DNA of 64,000 bases from Sporopachydermia quercuum (taxonomy: Eukaryota): the NCBI GenBank assembly GCA_001599295.1, contig BCGN01000009.1:62001-126000 (forward strand), written 5' to 3'. The position numbers were made by a program, and so were the translations under genes. Under the pieces are notes generated by a model. That model saw nothing but the letters and a program-made list of their open reading frames with translations. It had not been told where the DNA came from and made no database searches. Within the stretch, counting starts at the first letter, position 1. Every line of letters starts with the position of its first letter. Positions 23,621 to 36,591 of this stretch are shown here, one piece after another.

Positions 23621-26600
23621 ATGGCTCCAGTGGTAAGCCGTTCGGCTGTAGCAAATGAGAAAACAGCCAGGCAGATACATCCATATAAGCGGCCAGAAGT
23701 CAATGTTTTTCGAGCTTTGAATATCGAAAAAAGCAAGAAAGAACTTCACAGTAACCTGCTGGAAACAACAGCTAAAGATGTCGCCAAACGGGTCATAGGA
23801 TTGTTATCCTGGATGCTAGTGCTGAATGAAAAGAATGTGACTTTTAAGGACAAAACAGAAGGAAAAGCAAGTGATGGCCTGAAGGAAAGGATTGGAATTC
23901 AAGATGTAACTAATGTGTTCAAATATGGCACTGATAATACTGGAAGTACTGGAGGTGCTGATGGTGCTGATGGGTCTAATACTGAGCTAACGAAGCTAAC
24001 GGCTGAACAGCTGGATAATAACAATGAAATGTAAGTACACAAAGGATTATCAAAACAGAGAATTATTTGTGATGTTTTGGTGTATTATGCTTTATGTGTT
24101 ATGGTATATGTTATGTTATATGTTTCATGCTTACACTATGTTATACTCTGCAATGTTATTGGTACTATACTATTAGTAGTATGACGTTTGTCAGGTTGTA
24201 ATCTTGACATCAGGATGCATAGTCTCAAGTTTAATGCATTATGTGCTCTTCATTCTTAGATGTTTTGCAGCAGAGCAAACAGTTCACTACTAAAGCATTC
24301 ATGCTGTAACACTGTGGAACTTAACGCCTTTACCCGTTATACCACTGTTCAAATACGCATAATAATCAACAGCATAAGTATGATTACAGGTTACAACATT
24401 AAGCATTATAAGAATAGCTCATTTATTATGCTTTCTCCTATAAACTGCTTATACATACAAATATTTCATCTATCTGCTCACTGTTAAAGCATACTAACTG
24501 ACCTTCTTTCTAGTTCTACGCCAGATAGGCCCAGGAATTCCACTGGCCCTGTAAGCACAACCTCAAAATCCAATACTTCCAACGCTTCCAACGCTGCCAC
24601 GGCTGCTAAAAACATTCTCAACACTATCCGCAGAGCAACGGTAGAACAACTTCATAAAATCAACCTCAAATCTCCTTTACATCTGGAAAAACAGCCTGAC
24701 CTTGAATCTGGCGTCGTGAAGCAAAATAACAACCAGAATAACAGCCGATCCCAAGTTATGATACCTGGTTTCATACCTTCAAATACTAGTACTAGAACTA
24801 ATACTTATACCGATCTACTGAAACCAACATCAGATGCCCCAGATACAAAAGAAATAGTGAAGTTCATCGCGTTGAACAAAATAACCCCTTTCAACCTACC
24901 CGTCACCAAAAAAGTCGATCAGAACTGCAACGTCAACTCGACAGAAGCAAGGAACACCAGAAGGGACTTTTTTCATAACAACGCTAAAGTTGAATACTAC
25001 GATTGCTGGACCCAGACGAAATTCAACAGTGGTCCCGCGAGAAGAAGACCCGTAAAAGTGTCTGAAGAGCGAAAGAAAAGACCTGGGTTTTTCACTATTG
25101 ATGTGTCGGTATCAGATGAGGAAGAAGACGATAAGGCTGATTTTGAGGAGGAAGGGGAAGAGGGTTTAGTAGGTAAAGAAGAGCCTCAGATGAAGAGAAC
25201 TAAAACAGCAAAAATAGATAAAATAAGCATAGGTAAAATAGGAAAATCAGGATCTACAATGGCGTCGGTTCTGTTGAATGCTTCGGCTACTTCTAATGCG
25301 TCTAAGGACCTTTTGACCAAATTAGAGCATAAAAAGAAAGTATCCTTGGATTTCGATCATCCAATCCCCAAAGTAAAGCCTTCTGATACTTCTAGTAGTA
25401 GTGAGAGTACTAATAGTAATTCTACTACTTCTATTGCTAGTAAGCCTCTAGGATCATTCTCATTTGGTGATAGGGCTAGCAACCAAGGTAGTGATAAATC
25501 TGCTGGTAGTGATAAATTTACTACAAGCTTCCCATCTATCACCAATAAAGCAGCCGGAAACTCAACTCCAGCGTTTTCATTGAAAGCAGACAGCTCCAGC
25601 AATTTACCAAAGGAATCAATGGATTCAAAAGGTACAATGGCCGTTACTGGTGTTTCTACAGGTAAATTTGAAACTGCCGATAACTCTTCTAAAACTGGAC
25701 TGTTATCAGCCAGAACTTCAACAACTGAAAATTCTGCTACTGCCACTACAGTACCGTCTACCGGCTTTTCCTTTGGTAAAAAATCGTCAACGGCACTATC
25801 ATCAGATTCCTCTTCTTCTGTTTCACCATTTTCCTTCAGCAAGCCTTCTGACGACAAACTAAATGATAAATCCAGTGAAGCCCCGATCTCCAGAGATAAT
25901 ACTAGCACTGCATTACCCAAGTTCTCATTTGGAGCTACTAATAGTAATAGCAGTAGTAATAGTAGTAATACTTCTAGCGATAAACCATCATTTTCATTCA
26001 CAGCTGGCAGTAAAAGGGATAATGAGAATAATAAAGATGAAAATGTTAACTCTGAAGGGGTAGAAGCAAAGAAAGCCGATTCTCAGTCAGCAGCAGCAAA
26101 TCCGTCTTTTTCCTTTGGTTCCATGGGCTCCGTTAGCTCGGCCTCCAGCAATAAATCTACGGATACATCGGCCAAGCCAGCAAACCCATTTTCATTTGGC
26201 AGCGCCGATTCCAGTGTCAATTCTGCTAAACCGGCGTTCTCGTTCAATAAACCACTAGAAAAGACCAATGAGGAGCCCAGCCAATCTATATTCTCGTTTG
26301 GCAGCAGCAAGAATACATCTGCTGCTGCTTCTAACTTCTCCACAGCACCTAAACCAAGTTTCACGTTTCCCGGTGCCAAACCTGCAGAACCATCGTCTGC
26401 TTCTGCAGCAGAAGCCAAACCAGCCTTTTCCTTTGGTTCTAATGCTGTCAATGCTGCGAATGCTAATGCTGCTAAGCCTGCAACAGAAATACTCCTGGCT
26501 AAGCCATTATCAAGACTAGGCTCTGCGCCAGGATCAAGAAGCGTGTCGCCTTTCGCGCCAGGTGCCGCAGGGGTTATTTCGGGTATTTCCAGCGTTGGTA

Positions 26601-27301
26601 ATGAAAATTCCAATGGGAAACGATCTCTTGATAGCAATGATGGGCAGAACAAAAAGCCAGTGTTCAGTTTCACAGCAGGTGCAGCCAGCTCAACCAACGG
26701 AGCTCCAACAGCTCCAACAGCGATTGGGAACAGCAACATGTTCCCGTTCTCTAAATCCACGAGTCCCTCTGCTCCTGTAGCATCAAAACCAGCTTTTGGT
26801 GGTGCGAATGGTTTCGGAAGTTCCATTGGCGGTGCTGTCGGGTCATCCAAATCAGAAAGCCCTGCAGCGTTCTCGTTCCCGGGTTCTACTAGTGCGCTCA
26901 CTGGAGGTTCTGCTGCTACAGGACTGAGTAAAGGCGGCTCCGGATTCTCATTCAGCTCGCCATCTCTTGCTACAGAAGGCAGCTCAATGTTTAGTGCCCC
27001 CAATATTGGAAGCAGTAGCGGTGGAGCTTTGTTCAGTAGCCCAGCTGCACCTCCAGCTTCAAAGCCATTTGGATTCACAGCCCCAACGCGGAACCCAACT
27101 GGATTCCCTTCTGGAAATACTACACCAGGTACAGGTATGGGTGGAAGTGCCGCACCGTTTTCTGGATTCAGTGCGCCTTCAGTGCCAGCATTTGGCGGCC
27201 CAAATATGGCTAATGGGAATCCGTTTGCTTCAGATTTGTCTTCTGCGGGAGGAACTATTCCCGGTAGGAAAATAGCACCATTGAGGAGAAAGAAACGATG
27301 A
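23621..27301 (+). CDS. NUP1: FxFG-repeat nuclear basket nucleoporin, Nup1-like; exons 23621-24030 and 24514-27301, 483-nt intron
   Basis: Many FSFG/FSFT repeats; C-terminal GRKIAPLRRKKR resembles the Nup1 terminal basic motif. GTAAGT/TACTAAC/TAG intron joins the two track ORFs in frame with no stops. Confidence 0.78.
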
Positions 27302-27969
27302 ATGAGTTGAGAACACGTTGGAATAAAGATAAGAGTTCACTCGGTATATGATCTGAAAATGAAGAGTATACAGAAGGATTTAGTGAGAGCTTTTTTAGTT
27401 AATATCATGAGCCTTGTGAATAATAAGTTGATGATTCGTCAGGCGATGTATATTAAGCTGAAGTATATATGGCTTACCAGGCTGAATATAACTTGAAGCA
27501 TCAGCATCATCGTCATGAATGTCGTGAATGTAATGATATTTCAATCTAGTCTTGTCATAAACAGTGTTCTCTATGTAATAATTAACAAACAATCAAACGT
27601 TTCTTACATTTGCTTAGAATTCTATCAACTGTTCTCTCACCGTATCCAGTTGTGTCTCATGATATCCCCTCATACATATTGTCTCTTAACAGGGATTACA
27701 ATTGAGCCCTCAGTAATTTGTATCACGTGACTTGCTTCTGATTATACCATCTCAATGTAAGCTATTTACATATTTCCCAAACTTACCCTGCCTCTTCACT
27801 CATCAGATCTTTTTTTTATGTACAAAGTAAATGAATGGAGAAGGTTTAGTAATATATATCAGATTGGATGGTTGATTGATTATCGCAAATAAATACTTTT
27901 TCCTCCAGCAAAGCCATCTAAAACACAGCTCGGGAGTAATTGTCATTACCAGATGATTCTCAGCACACC

Positions 27970-29205
27970 ATGAACTTTGTTTTTCCTTGTATCCCCAGGC
28001 ATATGCCTAGGACATTGACATCAATGGCTTGTATGGCTCACAGCATAGTTCTACCACTTAGCAGGAACTTCAGTGTATCTACGAACACCCGGTATATCAG
28101 GACGCTTGAACCTTTGAGATTGCATCAAGTGAAAGCTACTGTTTCCCCATTAAACGTACTGTTCACCCGTTCATATGCATTAGAATCCGGTCCAACATCA
28201 CCAGGCAAATCTCGTGAACTAAGATCAAATTCTATTTGGGATAGAGTACCTAAATTTCCCTTCGGAAAGGAATCCATTCCTACAATCATTCCGAAGGCAG
28301 ATGTTCCTAAAGTTGGTAGAAAGACATCTTTTGCCCAACTAGTTGATATTCTCCTTGATAAAAAGAATCCTGAATTGATCTACGAAGCAGAATCTCATAA
28401 GCTATACTTTGTGAGTCTCTACAGTTTAGCCTTAATGTTTGTTCTGTATGGATTGACATTTGCTGAATGGTCCTTATCAACAATTTGGGACATCTACCGG
28501 ACAAACGAAAAGAACCTTCCTTTCAATGAATTAGTATTAGATGTTATGGGCAAACTTGCAGTGAATATTCTGTTATTGAGCATTCCAATATTTATAGTGT
28601 ATCTTGCTTTGAAGATTCCTTCTAGACTTGTTAGAAGAATTACATTCTTGCCGGGACATGGCAAAAAAGAAATGGAACATGTACAATTGACAACACATCC
28701 TTTGATCCCTGGTAAAGCGTCACCTATTACTACTATTCCATTGAGTAATATATATCGTGCTAAAAAAGCATTAATTTATACCGGGAAAGGTTTCTATGGA
28801 ACATACGATAAGTCATCGTTCTTCTTCTGTTTATGGGAGAAAGACAGTTGGTTGCCCTGGATTGTTGATCGGAATGGTTTCTTCTGGGGTGATGGAAGAG
28901 TCTTTGATGTTCTCTTTGGCAAGGACGATATCAAGGTGGCAGAACAAGGAAAACGATATGGTGAAAAACTGATAGAAATGAACAAGATTCATGAGAAAAG
29001 TAAAATCAAGTTGAGAAAGGAATTAGGACCTGCTTGGAGACTGAAGATTCTTGCTAACAGCAGTAAGATCAATAAGATTGCCAGCAATGTTGCCAAAGAG
29101 CTNCAAAACGAACAGGAAGCTTTGGACGAAAGTAAAGCAAGGAAGAACACTGAACGTGTAAAAGAAAAGGTGAAGGCGAAGGAATTAGCTCACGGCAAAC
29201 GATAA
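27970..29205 (+). CDS. MRX15: Mitochondrial membrane protein, TMEM223/Mrx15 family
   Basis: Basic presequence-like N-terminus and two TM segments; SFAQLV, RLVRRITFLP, IYTGKGFYGTYDKSSFFF and DGRVFDVLF resemble YNR040W as recalled. First in-frame ATG at 27970. Confidence 0.7.
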   Translation: MNFVFPCIPRHMPRTLTSMACMAHSIVLPLSRNFSVSTNTRYIRTLEPLRLHQVKATVSPLNVLFTRSYALESGPTSPGKSRELRSNSIWDRVPKFPFGKESIPTIIPKADVPKVGRKTSFAQLVDILLDKKNPELIYEAESHKLYFVSLYSLALMFVLYGLTFAEWSLSTIWDIYRTNEKNLPFNELVLDVMGKLAVNILLLSIPIFIVYLALKIPSRLVRRITFLPGHGKKEMEHVQLTTHPLIPGKASPITTIPLSNIYRAKKALIYTGKGFYGTYDKSSFFFCLWEKDSWLPWIVDRNGFFWGDGRVFDVLFGKDDIKVAEQGKRYGEKLIEMNKIHEKSKIKLRKELGPAWRLKILANSSKINKIASNVAKEXQNEQEALDESKARKNTERVKEKVKAKELAHGKR

Positions 29206-31648
29206 TCCGACTAAATATATGTTATTACTTTGCTCTGAATAGGTTCAATTCCTGTCTTTGAATTCTCGTGTATATAAAAATGTATAAGAAATAGAAGAAC
29301 TGAAAAGCATTTGCTTAGATTGGAGTTGAGGATACAGAGCTGATGGCAAATGAGTCATTGAAGATGGTAGATATTATAGACATTCTTTTTCTTTAACAGT
29401 TGAGTATAACGGAGGAGAAGAAAAAGAAGAAGAATAAGAAAGAGTTGATATGCTGCTTATGGCTTCAAGAATGAATTTATATTCATCTGTACAGGACAGG
29501 ACTTTCAAATCATAGTACCATTACTAGTACATTATTCATTCTACGCAAAATATATGAGATTGCATCTATTCAAATCCCCTGAACTATTTCACAAAAGATA
29601 TTTTTGAGAAAGAAGTAAATAAACTATTATAAACAAAATGACATAAACGATTTTCTTATTGTCATAATAATTTATTATTGTTAATTATTGTTCATCCTCC
29701 GATTCTGCTCATCACTAGAAGACCATAATCACGCTAAAATATTAGGTTTCACGTAATGTTAGAGTTTGTGTTTTGGCTTCCGCAAATATTTAACGTTTCG
29801 CTATTAGCCTAGCTTACTGCAGAATATAAACGAGAATGAAACTTTAATATATAAACGTCTGCGGTGCATTCCGTTGCCTTCTAGTGAGCAGTATTCTGTT
29901 AGAGGCATAATTTGCTTGTTTGAAAAATATTTTGTTATATATAAATAATTACTCTCTTACTTTTTCTTCTATATTTAATATTTTTCACCTCCAAAAGTGT
30001 GCGTGTTGGGTTTAATGGTGAAAACGATTGATAATAGGAATAACTATTATAGCCTAATTAAAGATTCGTTCGAACAATGTTGAAAAGAAATATTAGGCAA
30101 CATGTGCAATGTAAAACGTGTGGAAATAAATCAATTTCTNATATTTGACACCCAAACTGATAATTATGTTTACTATAATTTCAAATGAGTTTATATTATC
30201 AATAAAACCTAAACGCTTTTTTTCAATTAGCAGAAGATGATTAAAATGTAATGAAATTCTATATTAATATTGGATTTGTGAATGCTCTGATCTTTACTAT
30301 CTCATGCAAAATTATGCATAGTACATAAATCATGAAGCAACGATGAGAAAGAGCTTATATAATGCTTTCCTTGGTTGAACTTATATGTACTGACATCAAA
30401 TAGGAGTAAATTAATGTATAATTAATTAATTTCATTAGATACAAGTATATATATTTTCTTAAATAAGTGACATAACCCTTCTCTCTAGTTAAAGCTCAGG
30501 GCAACATGCATGTTCGATGAAGGTTCCTGAGAACTCAGTGATTAAACAGTTTAACAATGCCAGTTCTTCTTCTTTTTTCCCACGCCTTTTTCCATCTACT
30601 TTGATGTAGAATTGAATAGTTTAGCTGAGAGATATCTGGCAAGAATTGTGCTAAAAGCTTTGTTTAAATAGGGGTACAAGTGGCAATTGAAGTATGGACT
30701 TTCAGCCGGAAAAATAATTTTTTCCTTACCCAACCTAACTTACTATCCTACACCTGTTGAGGATAGTTTTATGTCTTAATTCAAATAATCAACGGGCAAA
30801 CGATTCCCAAAGTAAAATTAATTGATACTGCTTAAATACTGAGTAATTTTGTTTATCGAGTTTCTAAAGAACTACCCCCATTTGACCTCTGGTGGTTGAT
30901 TATCGATGGTTGAAACCTGATACCTGACCCTTGCTTGTTCTCTCATTCAGCCCTTTCTTTGAGTCCTTCAGTTTCAAACATCCACTATGTTACAGGGATC
31001 TTTATTATTGTTGAATTCTTTAGCTGAATCATACTATTTCGTATTCGTTGAACACGACAAAGAAAAAATGTTGTGACCCAATCAGTTTCTTGGTTACGGT
31101 TAATTAAGCTTGTTGATTAATGTAATCTGACGTCTTCAACAGGTTTAAGATTTCCAGCCTTTGGTGTGATGATTTTGCCTTCCATTCAATTGAATCTCAA
31201 GCATTTCGTCGGCAAATATCTGAGCTTTTGAACTTGTTTCCATCTTTCTGTAGGATAAACAGAAACTGAAGGCTACCAACATTGTGTTCTTTCTTGCTCT
31301 AGATAATCTTAACAATTCCATTAACTGCGTTCCTGATGAAAAATTAAGACATTCTCGAGCGAACAATGATGCTGAGGAAATAAAGTTTAGAATTAAATAT
31401 CCTTAGCTCATCACATGCTTAAGGTTTGAGCTAGAGAAAACTACTTATTAAAGTTGCAATAAACAGGTTTTGCTATTTAAACCAAATGGCCCCCACATTT
31501 CAACTATTCCCCCAATAGATCACTGATTGATTGTTTATTTATCTATGAATGAGTGTAGATCAAAACCACAACATTAATACCTAAAAAAGATTTATTTTGT
31601 CAAACAATTGAGTTACTAGAAAACTACTGAGAATTTGAGTATTGAAAA

Positions 31649-32602
31649 ATGTGCTCCAGTGGATCGCCAATTGGCTCATATTCGAGGTCCGATAACCACC
31701 CTCAAGATTCTACTGCCACTACTCATTCGCCAAAAGATCTTATGGCTCCGGCAACAGAAAAAGGTTGGGAAACAAACGAAATATCCTTAGCATATATAGC
31801 TTCTCCATTATTTTACTATGGCGAAGAACTAGAATACGATATTGAAAATTTACCGGCTCATGAAGATATCCCTGAAGTAAGCTTGGAACGTACCTCTCGC
31901 TCTCCTCGAGCAGAAAAACCCTGTCACAGTGAAAATTTTCATTATGCAGAGAAACAAAGTTTGAAGGATGACGCTTTCACAGCAGAGAACTTTAATCTTA
32001 ATTCCCCAACTCGATGCAAGGATCTTGCAGTTGACTACGAAAAGGGAGACTCCTGGTCTACCCAGCAAAAACATATGTCACGTGCATCTTTAAGGTGGAG
32101 AATCTTAGGATCGATTCTTTTACTGTTGTTCCTTATTGCTCTTACCGTTATGAACTTTCTCCTGTATAGGGACAATTTAAATAGGTACATTGATGCCCAT
32201 TGGCTACACGGCTCGACTTTCACAGGACCAGACTACGTTCTTACGTCAAACAATGCAAGGAGTTCAGGCGTGAATTGTGAGCAGGCATATATACAACAGT
32301 TACAGGATGAGAGTCATTGAGGGCATTTCCAGATGGAGTTGATTTGCTATAAAAATGGAAATGAGATTCAGAAGAAGCATTTATTTTGGTTGGAGGAAAA
32401 GTTCAAGAAAAGTTCATTGTGTTTTTATGATTTTGGTTGGTTCAGTATGGTTTTGGTTTGGTTTGGTTCAATTATTCATGTATTTGCTATGCTTTATTAT
32501 AGAGAAAAAGAAAAGAGATTAAGGAAGGAAGACATTGGACATTATTTAATATCAACAATTTGTTGTATACTACTCTGTTCGATTGTTCACTTTCTGGGAT
32601 GA
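31649..32602 (+). pseudogene. Hypothetical multi-pass membrane protein with one in-frame TGA at 32318-32320 (nonsense allele, readthrough or sequencing error)
   Basis: Track ORFs 31649-32320 and 32333-32602 are in the same frame, separated only by TGA-GGG-CAT-TTC-CAG. The joined product has three hydrophobic segments. Confidence 0.5.
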
Positions 32603-32849
32603 AAAAGAAATAGACTACTGCATAGGCTTAGCATCTGCAGTATGTACACTTTTATACTTATGTACGACTTATTTATGACTTATGGTTTATTACAACAGCG
32701 ATGGTTATTGCTTAGCATTATTTCTTATATTTATTATTATTAGTTATCCTCATTATATTTATTAGACATCAACGTAGGCACATTGTAATTACTTTCAAAC
32801 ATTGCTCTCCTATTCCCATTTTTAACCCTCTGATCCATGAACTATTCAC

Positions 32850-34640
32850 TCATAGCTTATTTACTATGCAATCACAATAAAAACGAGGATCATCTTGGGT
32901 AAGGGAATACCTTTTTATTCCGTTTTCCTCGTCACAGTAAGAGGCCATTTCACCGTCAACACAAATGTCCCCAGTGAAATTGCCTCGTGACGGCTTAATG
33001 TCGTCAATGCCGACATCAGGAGACCATACGTAAATCTCCGACGCAAATTCATGTCCAAATAATTGATACAACGTCGTGTCCTGCAAAGTGGTCGCATAAT
33101 CCTTTGTAAGCTCTCCTCTAATAACTGGCTTTGCTTCAGGATCAATAGGAGGTTTAGTGTAGAATTGAATCCTACTATCATTGAACTCATCTATAGAGTA
33201 ACGAAGGTTGCTCAGTTCACGCATTATAAGAGCATTGATCCTGTACTTTTGTTCAGCTCGTTCAAGATTTTGGATTTCAGTCTCAAGAGTAATATCTTCA
33301 CCTTTTAGTATCTCGGTAAACGTTGGCTGCTTGCCGTATCGGTTAACTGTAAAGTTCAGCACTGTCAAATTCTTAGTTGTTGATAACTGGAACGAGAACT
33401 CTTTAGTTGTGAGTTTACTGGCACATTGTGCACGAACTGTATAGTAGCGCTTATACAGCTTATAGTCAAGATTTGGTCTCAGCTCAGACGCCAATACAGG
33501 GAGAGCCAGCATTGTAGGGAAAACATCTAATACATCTTTCAGACTAGAAAGATATCGATATCTTTCGTTGTAGTAAGCATATAAAGATGATAGCGTATAA
33601 GGCTCTTCAACATCGTCTTCAGTAAGTATTATTTCTTTGTTAATGACACATGAGACATATTCATACTCTTCAGGGTTAAATTCATAGAAGTAAGCGGCGA
33701 CCTTATGATAAGGAATAATTCTACTTAGCAGCATTAAAAATAAGATAGTATACTCGCATTTTCCGCTTCTTTTCACTGTATGTTTTCCAAGCAAATGCCA
33801 ATATTCTAAGAAACCATAACTACACATTAGTTCTATTATGGCGTTCTTTGGATAGGCAGCGGGGAGATTTCTGCTTTCAGCACGAATATTTCTGGTTTCG
33901 CTCAGTTTGACTGATTGGTCAAATATGTTCATATGTTGGTAGAAAGATATAGAAGACAGGTTGCCATTATCGTCAGTGTATGGTAAGGTATCTTCATTAT
34001 TTCTCTTGTGCACATTAAGTTCATTCACTTTCGGAACTGAGTCGATAGCAGCTAGAAGTAGCACATAACATCTCCTAGATATTTCTCTCAGTGTTAGATT
34101 TTCGGGGATTGGTTCATCTTTGGTAGTGTCATTATTTCTGCTCTTGTTATTGTTGTTATTGTTGTTATCATTTTCTAGTTCATCCGGAAGACATTCAAAC
34201 AATGCGTCTATCAATGCTGCTATCACTGCTGGCTGATACAGAACAGGTTTCCACGAATGTGCAGCAATATACTGCAGCGTAACAACAGCTTTCAGTCTAT
34301 CTTTTGGTTCAATTAACTCACCGTCTGCCCTTATTTCCCCGATTAGTTTCTCCATAAGCTCGGGACTTGTCAGAAACCTGTCAGAAAGCAAATCAAGCGC
34401 TGCCAATCGAAGGGTAAAATTCGGTGAACTGGTAAAGTCTTTCAAAACACTTATTGGAAGTTTCTGTATAGAAATCACTTTCTGTTTATCCATAAGCGCT
34501 AAAACTGATTCGACATCAGTTGCTTTCATCTCATTGGACACTTTCTTGGTTTCTTTGAATGTAATAACTGCTAAGACTATACTTGAAGCAAAGAAAGTTA
34601 CTCCTAGCAGTAACGATTTGCCGAGTGTCGCCAGCATCAT
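32850..34640 (-). CDS. Hypothetical protein with N-terminal TM/signal anchor and helical (ARM-like) region
   Basis: ~596-codon open frame; hydrophobic N-terminus; first ATG at 34640. Family not securely recognised. Confidence 0.7.
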   Translation of the reverse strand: MMLATLGKSLLLGVTFFASSIVLAVITFKETKKVSNEMKATDVESVLALMDKQKVISIQKLPISVLKDFTSSPNFTLRLAALDLLSDRFLTSPELMEKLIGEIRADGELIEPKDRLKAVVTLQYIAAHSWKPVLYQPAVIAALIDALFECLPDELENDNNNNNNNKSRNNDTTKDEPIPENLTLREISRRCYVLLLAAIDSVPKVNELNVHKRNNEDTLPYTDDNGNLSSISFYQHMNIFDQSVKLSETRNIRAESRNLPAAYPKNAIIELMCSYGFLEYWHLLGKHTVKRSGKCEYTILFLMLLSRIIPYHKVAAYFYEFNPEEYEYVSCVINKEIILTEDDVEEPYTLSSLYAYYNERYRYLSSLKDVLDVFPTMLALPVLASELRPNLDYKLYKRYYTVRAQCASKLTTKEFSFQLSTTKNLTVLNFTVNRYGKQPTFTEILKGEDITLETEIQNLERAEQKYRINALIMRELSNLRYSIDEFNDSRIQFYTKPPIDPEAKPVIRGELTKDYATTLQDTTLYQLFGHEFASEIYVWSPDVGIDDIKPSRGNFTGDICVDGEMASYCDEENGIKRYSLTQDDPRFYCDCIVNKL

Positions 34641-35304
34641 GAAAATGCGCGTTGCTGGCAATTATAGCAGGGGGTCATGCATGAATAGTTCAGTAGCTGC
34701 TTCTGCTAGATAGAACTGTTGTTTTGGTGATAAGTAAACGCAATGGGTAAACACAATAGGTACACAATATGTTCTTCTGTGTGTTGATGATGGGATATGG
34801 CAATATTAGAGATTATGTTAGCGCAGAGACAATGCTATAATTCTGAGAAAATCAGAGCCCGCTGTAGTGGTTACATAGTCAATTAATAGCTTCAAAATCA
34901 AGTAGAATGACCTAATAACAATATTCTCTTGCTGATAGGGAAGCCGAGTGAGAAATTGACATATGATGGTAGAATATAGGAGGAGGTGAGTTGAAGATAT
35001 AGGAAATGATGGTTATATGACAGTTTCCGCAATTAGAGTTCTCCCAAAAATGGAAGATAAATTACATTATACATAATTAGTGCATGAAGTGTAAAACTTT
35101 AATCGGAATTCAATTGAATTGGCATGTCAGAATCGAAAAATCAGTAGCAGGAGCAGTATTGTTCATATTTCCTCCTCTGACACCAGAAATAAACCTACAA
35201 TGTACCTTACAAATATTGGAAAATAAAAATGCTTATACGAAATCGATACATCGTATTGTCTGCTATATACCTCATCACTTGAACCATATATCAAATCATA
35301 ATCC

Positions 35305-36591
35305 TTAAGTATACTTGTCCCATCCATTAGGCTTGGACAGATTGTTAATAGAATAGAATTTAGAAGTACAACTATATCCTCTCCATGTGAAATCATCATC
35401 TGGATTGCAGACACATTTATGTTTCATTCTGAAGGCATTATCAACAGGACAGTTATGGAAAGGAACATGATAATATCCAAAATCATCAAAAAAGTGAATC
35501 TGATCTCTTTCAAGGAAGAGAGAAGCAGCAATTGAATGAACAGGAGCATCACCCCATCTTTCATAGAAAAATCCTCCAGCCTTGTCAAGGTAGTTGAAAT
35601 AATCACTGTAGGCCTGAGATCTGTAGAAATCTAATGAACCAATTTCAAAATTGGACCAGAAATGACAAAGGTTATAAGATTCTCCAGAATCATCAGAAAC
35701 AAAATCAAGCATGTTATTTTCAGGAAGATGTTTAGGATATTCCTTCATAAATGCCTTGGTTGTTTCCCATAAAGTTGGGATGGTCTCAATATATTCTTTA
35801 AGTGAGATAGTGAAGCCATACTTGTAATTATTGACATCCATAAATTTGAAAGCATCATAATCAATATCACAATAAAGCTTAATGCCAGGTTCAACTCTCC
35901 AGTAGAATTTATAGTTTTCCATAGTAGGATGTCTATAGAAGAATCCAGATTCATATCTACACATATGACGGTAAGGAATGGAATCACCATAAATGACTTT
36001 TCTTTCTCTCATATCTTCTCTGACTTTTGCAGCTCTTTCCAAATCAATCCATTCAGGGAATGACCATTGTTCTTTTGGAATTAATCCATAAGACGTCTTA
36101 CCAGAGACCAAAGCAGTGGTAGCATCTTTGAAATCTTGCGTGAATTCTTCGTCATTAAGAAAAACCCAGTCGTACTTGAACTTGCTGTTAAATCTATCTT
36201 CGACAACTCTGATGGATTCCAATAAAGGATATAAATCGGTGTTTCGGGCCAACGAGACAAAAGTTGCTGGAATTCTTTCGTAATCATCGGGAACGCCATT
36301 AGGATAATGTTCCATAGCATCAGGATGGAGCTTCCCATTACCGAGAACTGGGGCGGCAGGATCTTTACTCACTGGAGTGGTTGATGGGGCATTTGCGGTA
36401 GGCTTTTCTCCTGGAGAAACCACGTTTTGATTGCCACTAGACGTTCCCGTAGATGGGTTTTTTTCAATTGTATCGACTTTTGGTGCAGCATAAGAAGTCA
36501 TTGAGGATGATTTGGCTAACAGTAATCCCAGGATGATGAGAAAAGCTGCAAACAGCGCCAAACGCGCTGTACGCGTTCCAGTTCGTGACAT
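35305..36591 (-). CDS. KTR1: Golgi alpha-1,2-mannosyltransferase, KRE2/MNT1/KTR1 family (GT15)
   Basis: Type II anchor; [55 protein letters not shown]. Paralogue assignment is tentative and rests on proximity to NUP1. Confidence 0.88.
   Translation of the reverse strand: MSRTGTRTARLALFAAFLIILGLLLAKSSSMTSYAAPKVDTIEKNPSTGTSSGNQNVVSPGEKPTANAPSTTPVSKDPAAPVLGNGKLHPDAMEHYPNGVPDDYERIPATFVSLARNTDLYPLLESIRVVEDRFNSKFKYDWVFLNDEEFTQDFKDATTALVSGKTSYGLIPKEQWSFPEWIDLERAAKVREDMRERKVIYGDSIPYRHMCRYESGFFYRHPTMENYKFYWRVEPGIKLYCDIDYDAFKFMDVNNYKYGFTISLKEYIETIPTLWETTKAFMKEYPKHLPENNMLDFVSDDSGESYNLCHFWSNFEIGSLDFYRSQAYSDYFNYLDKAGGFFYERWGDAPVHSIAASLFLERDQIHFFDDFGYYHVPFHNCPVDNAFRMKHKCVCNPDDDFTWRGYSCTSKFYSINNLSKPNGWDKYT

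Noticed and set aside
24494..24506. Exact 13-nt reverse-complement match (CTAACTGACCTTC) to the 40.4-kb repeat unit, considered as a telomerase RNA template
   Set aside because: It coincides with the NUP1 intron branch point and pyrimidine tract, covers only one unit with no alignment extension, and is plausibly chance.
25357..27078. Long antisense ORFs (214 and 331 aa) over NUP1, and similar shadows over BNI1, SLD1, APL5 and PET112
   Set aside because: These are expected antisense shadows of low-complexity or biased coding sequence.
31166..31223. Possible C/D snoRNA (GTGATGA ... CTGA)
   Set aside because: Short, no terminal stem, and no convincing rRNA-complementary guide of 10 nt or more.
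29206..31600. AT-rich 2.4-kb spacer considered as a centromere or decayed gene
   Set aside because: No CDE-like elements or repeats. The short open segments (~30600-30780 + and 31145-31366 -) match nothing I recognise.
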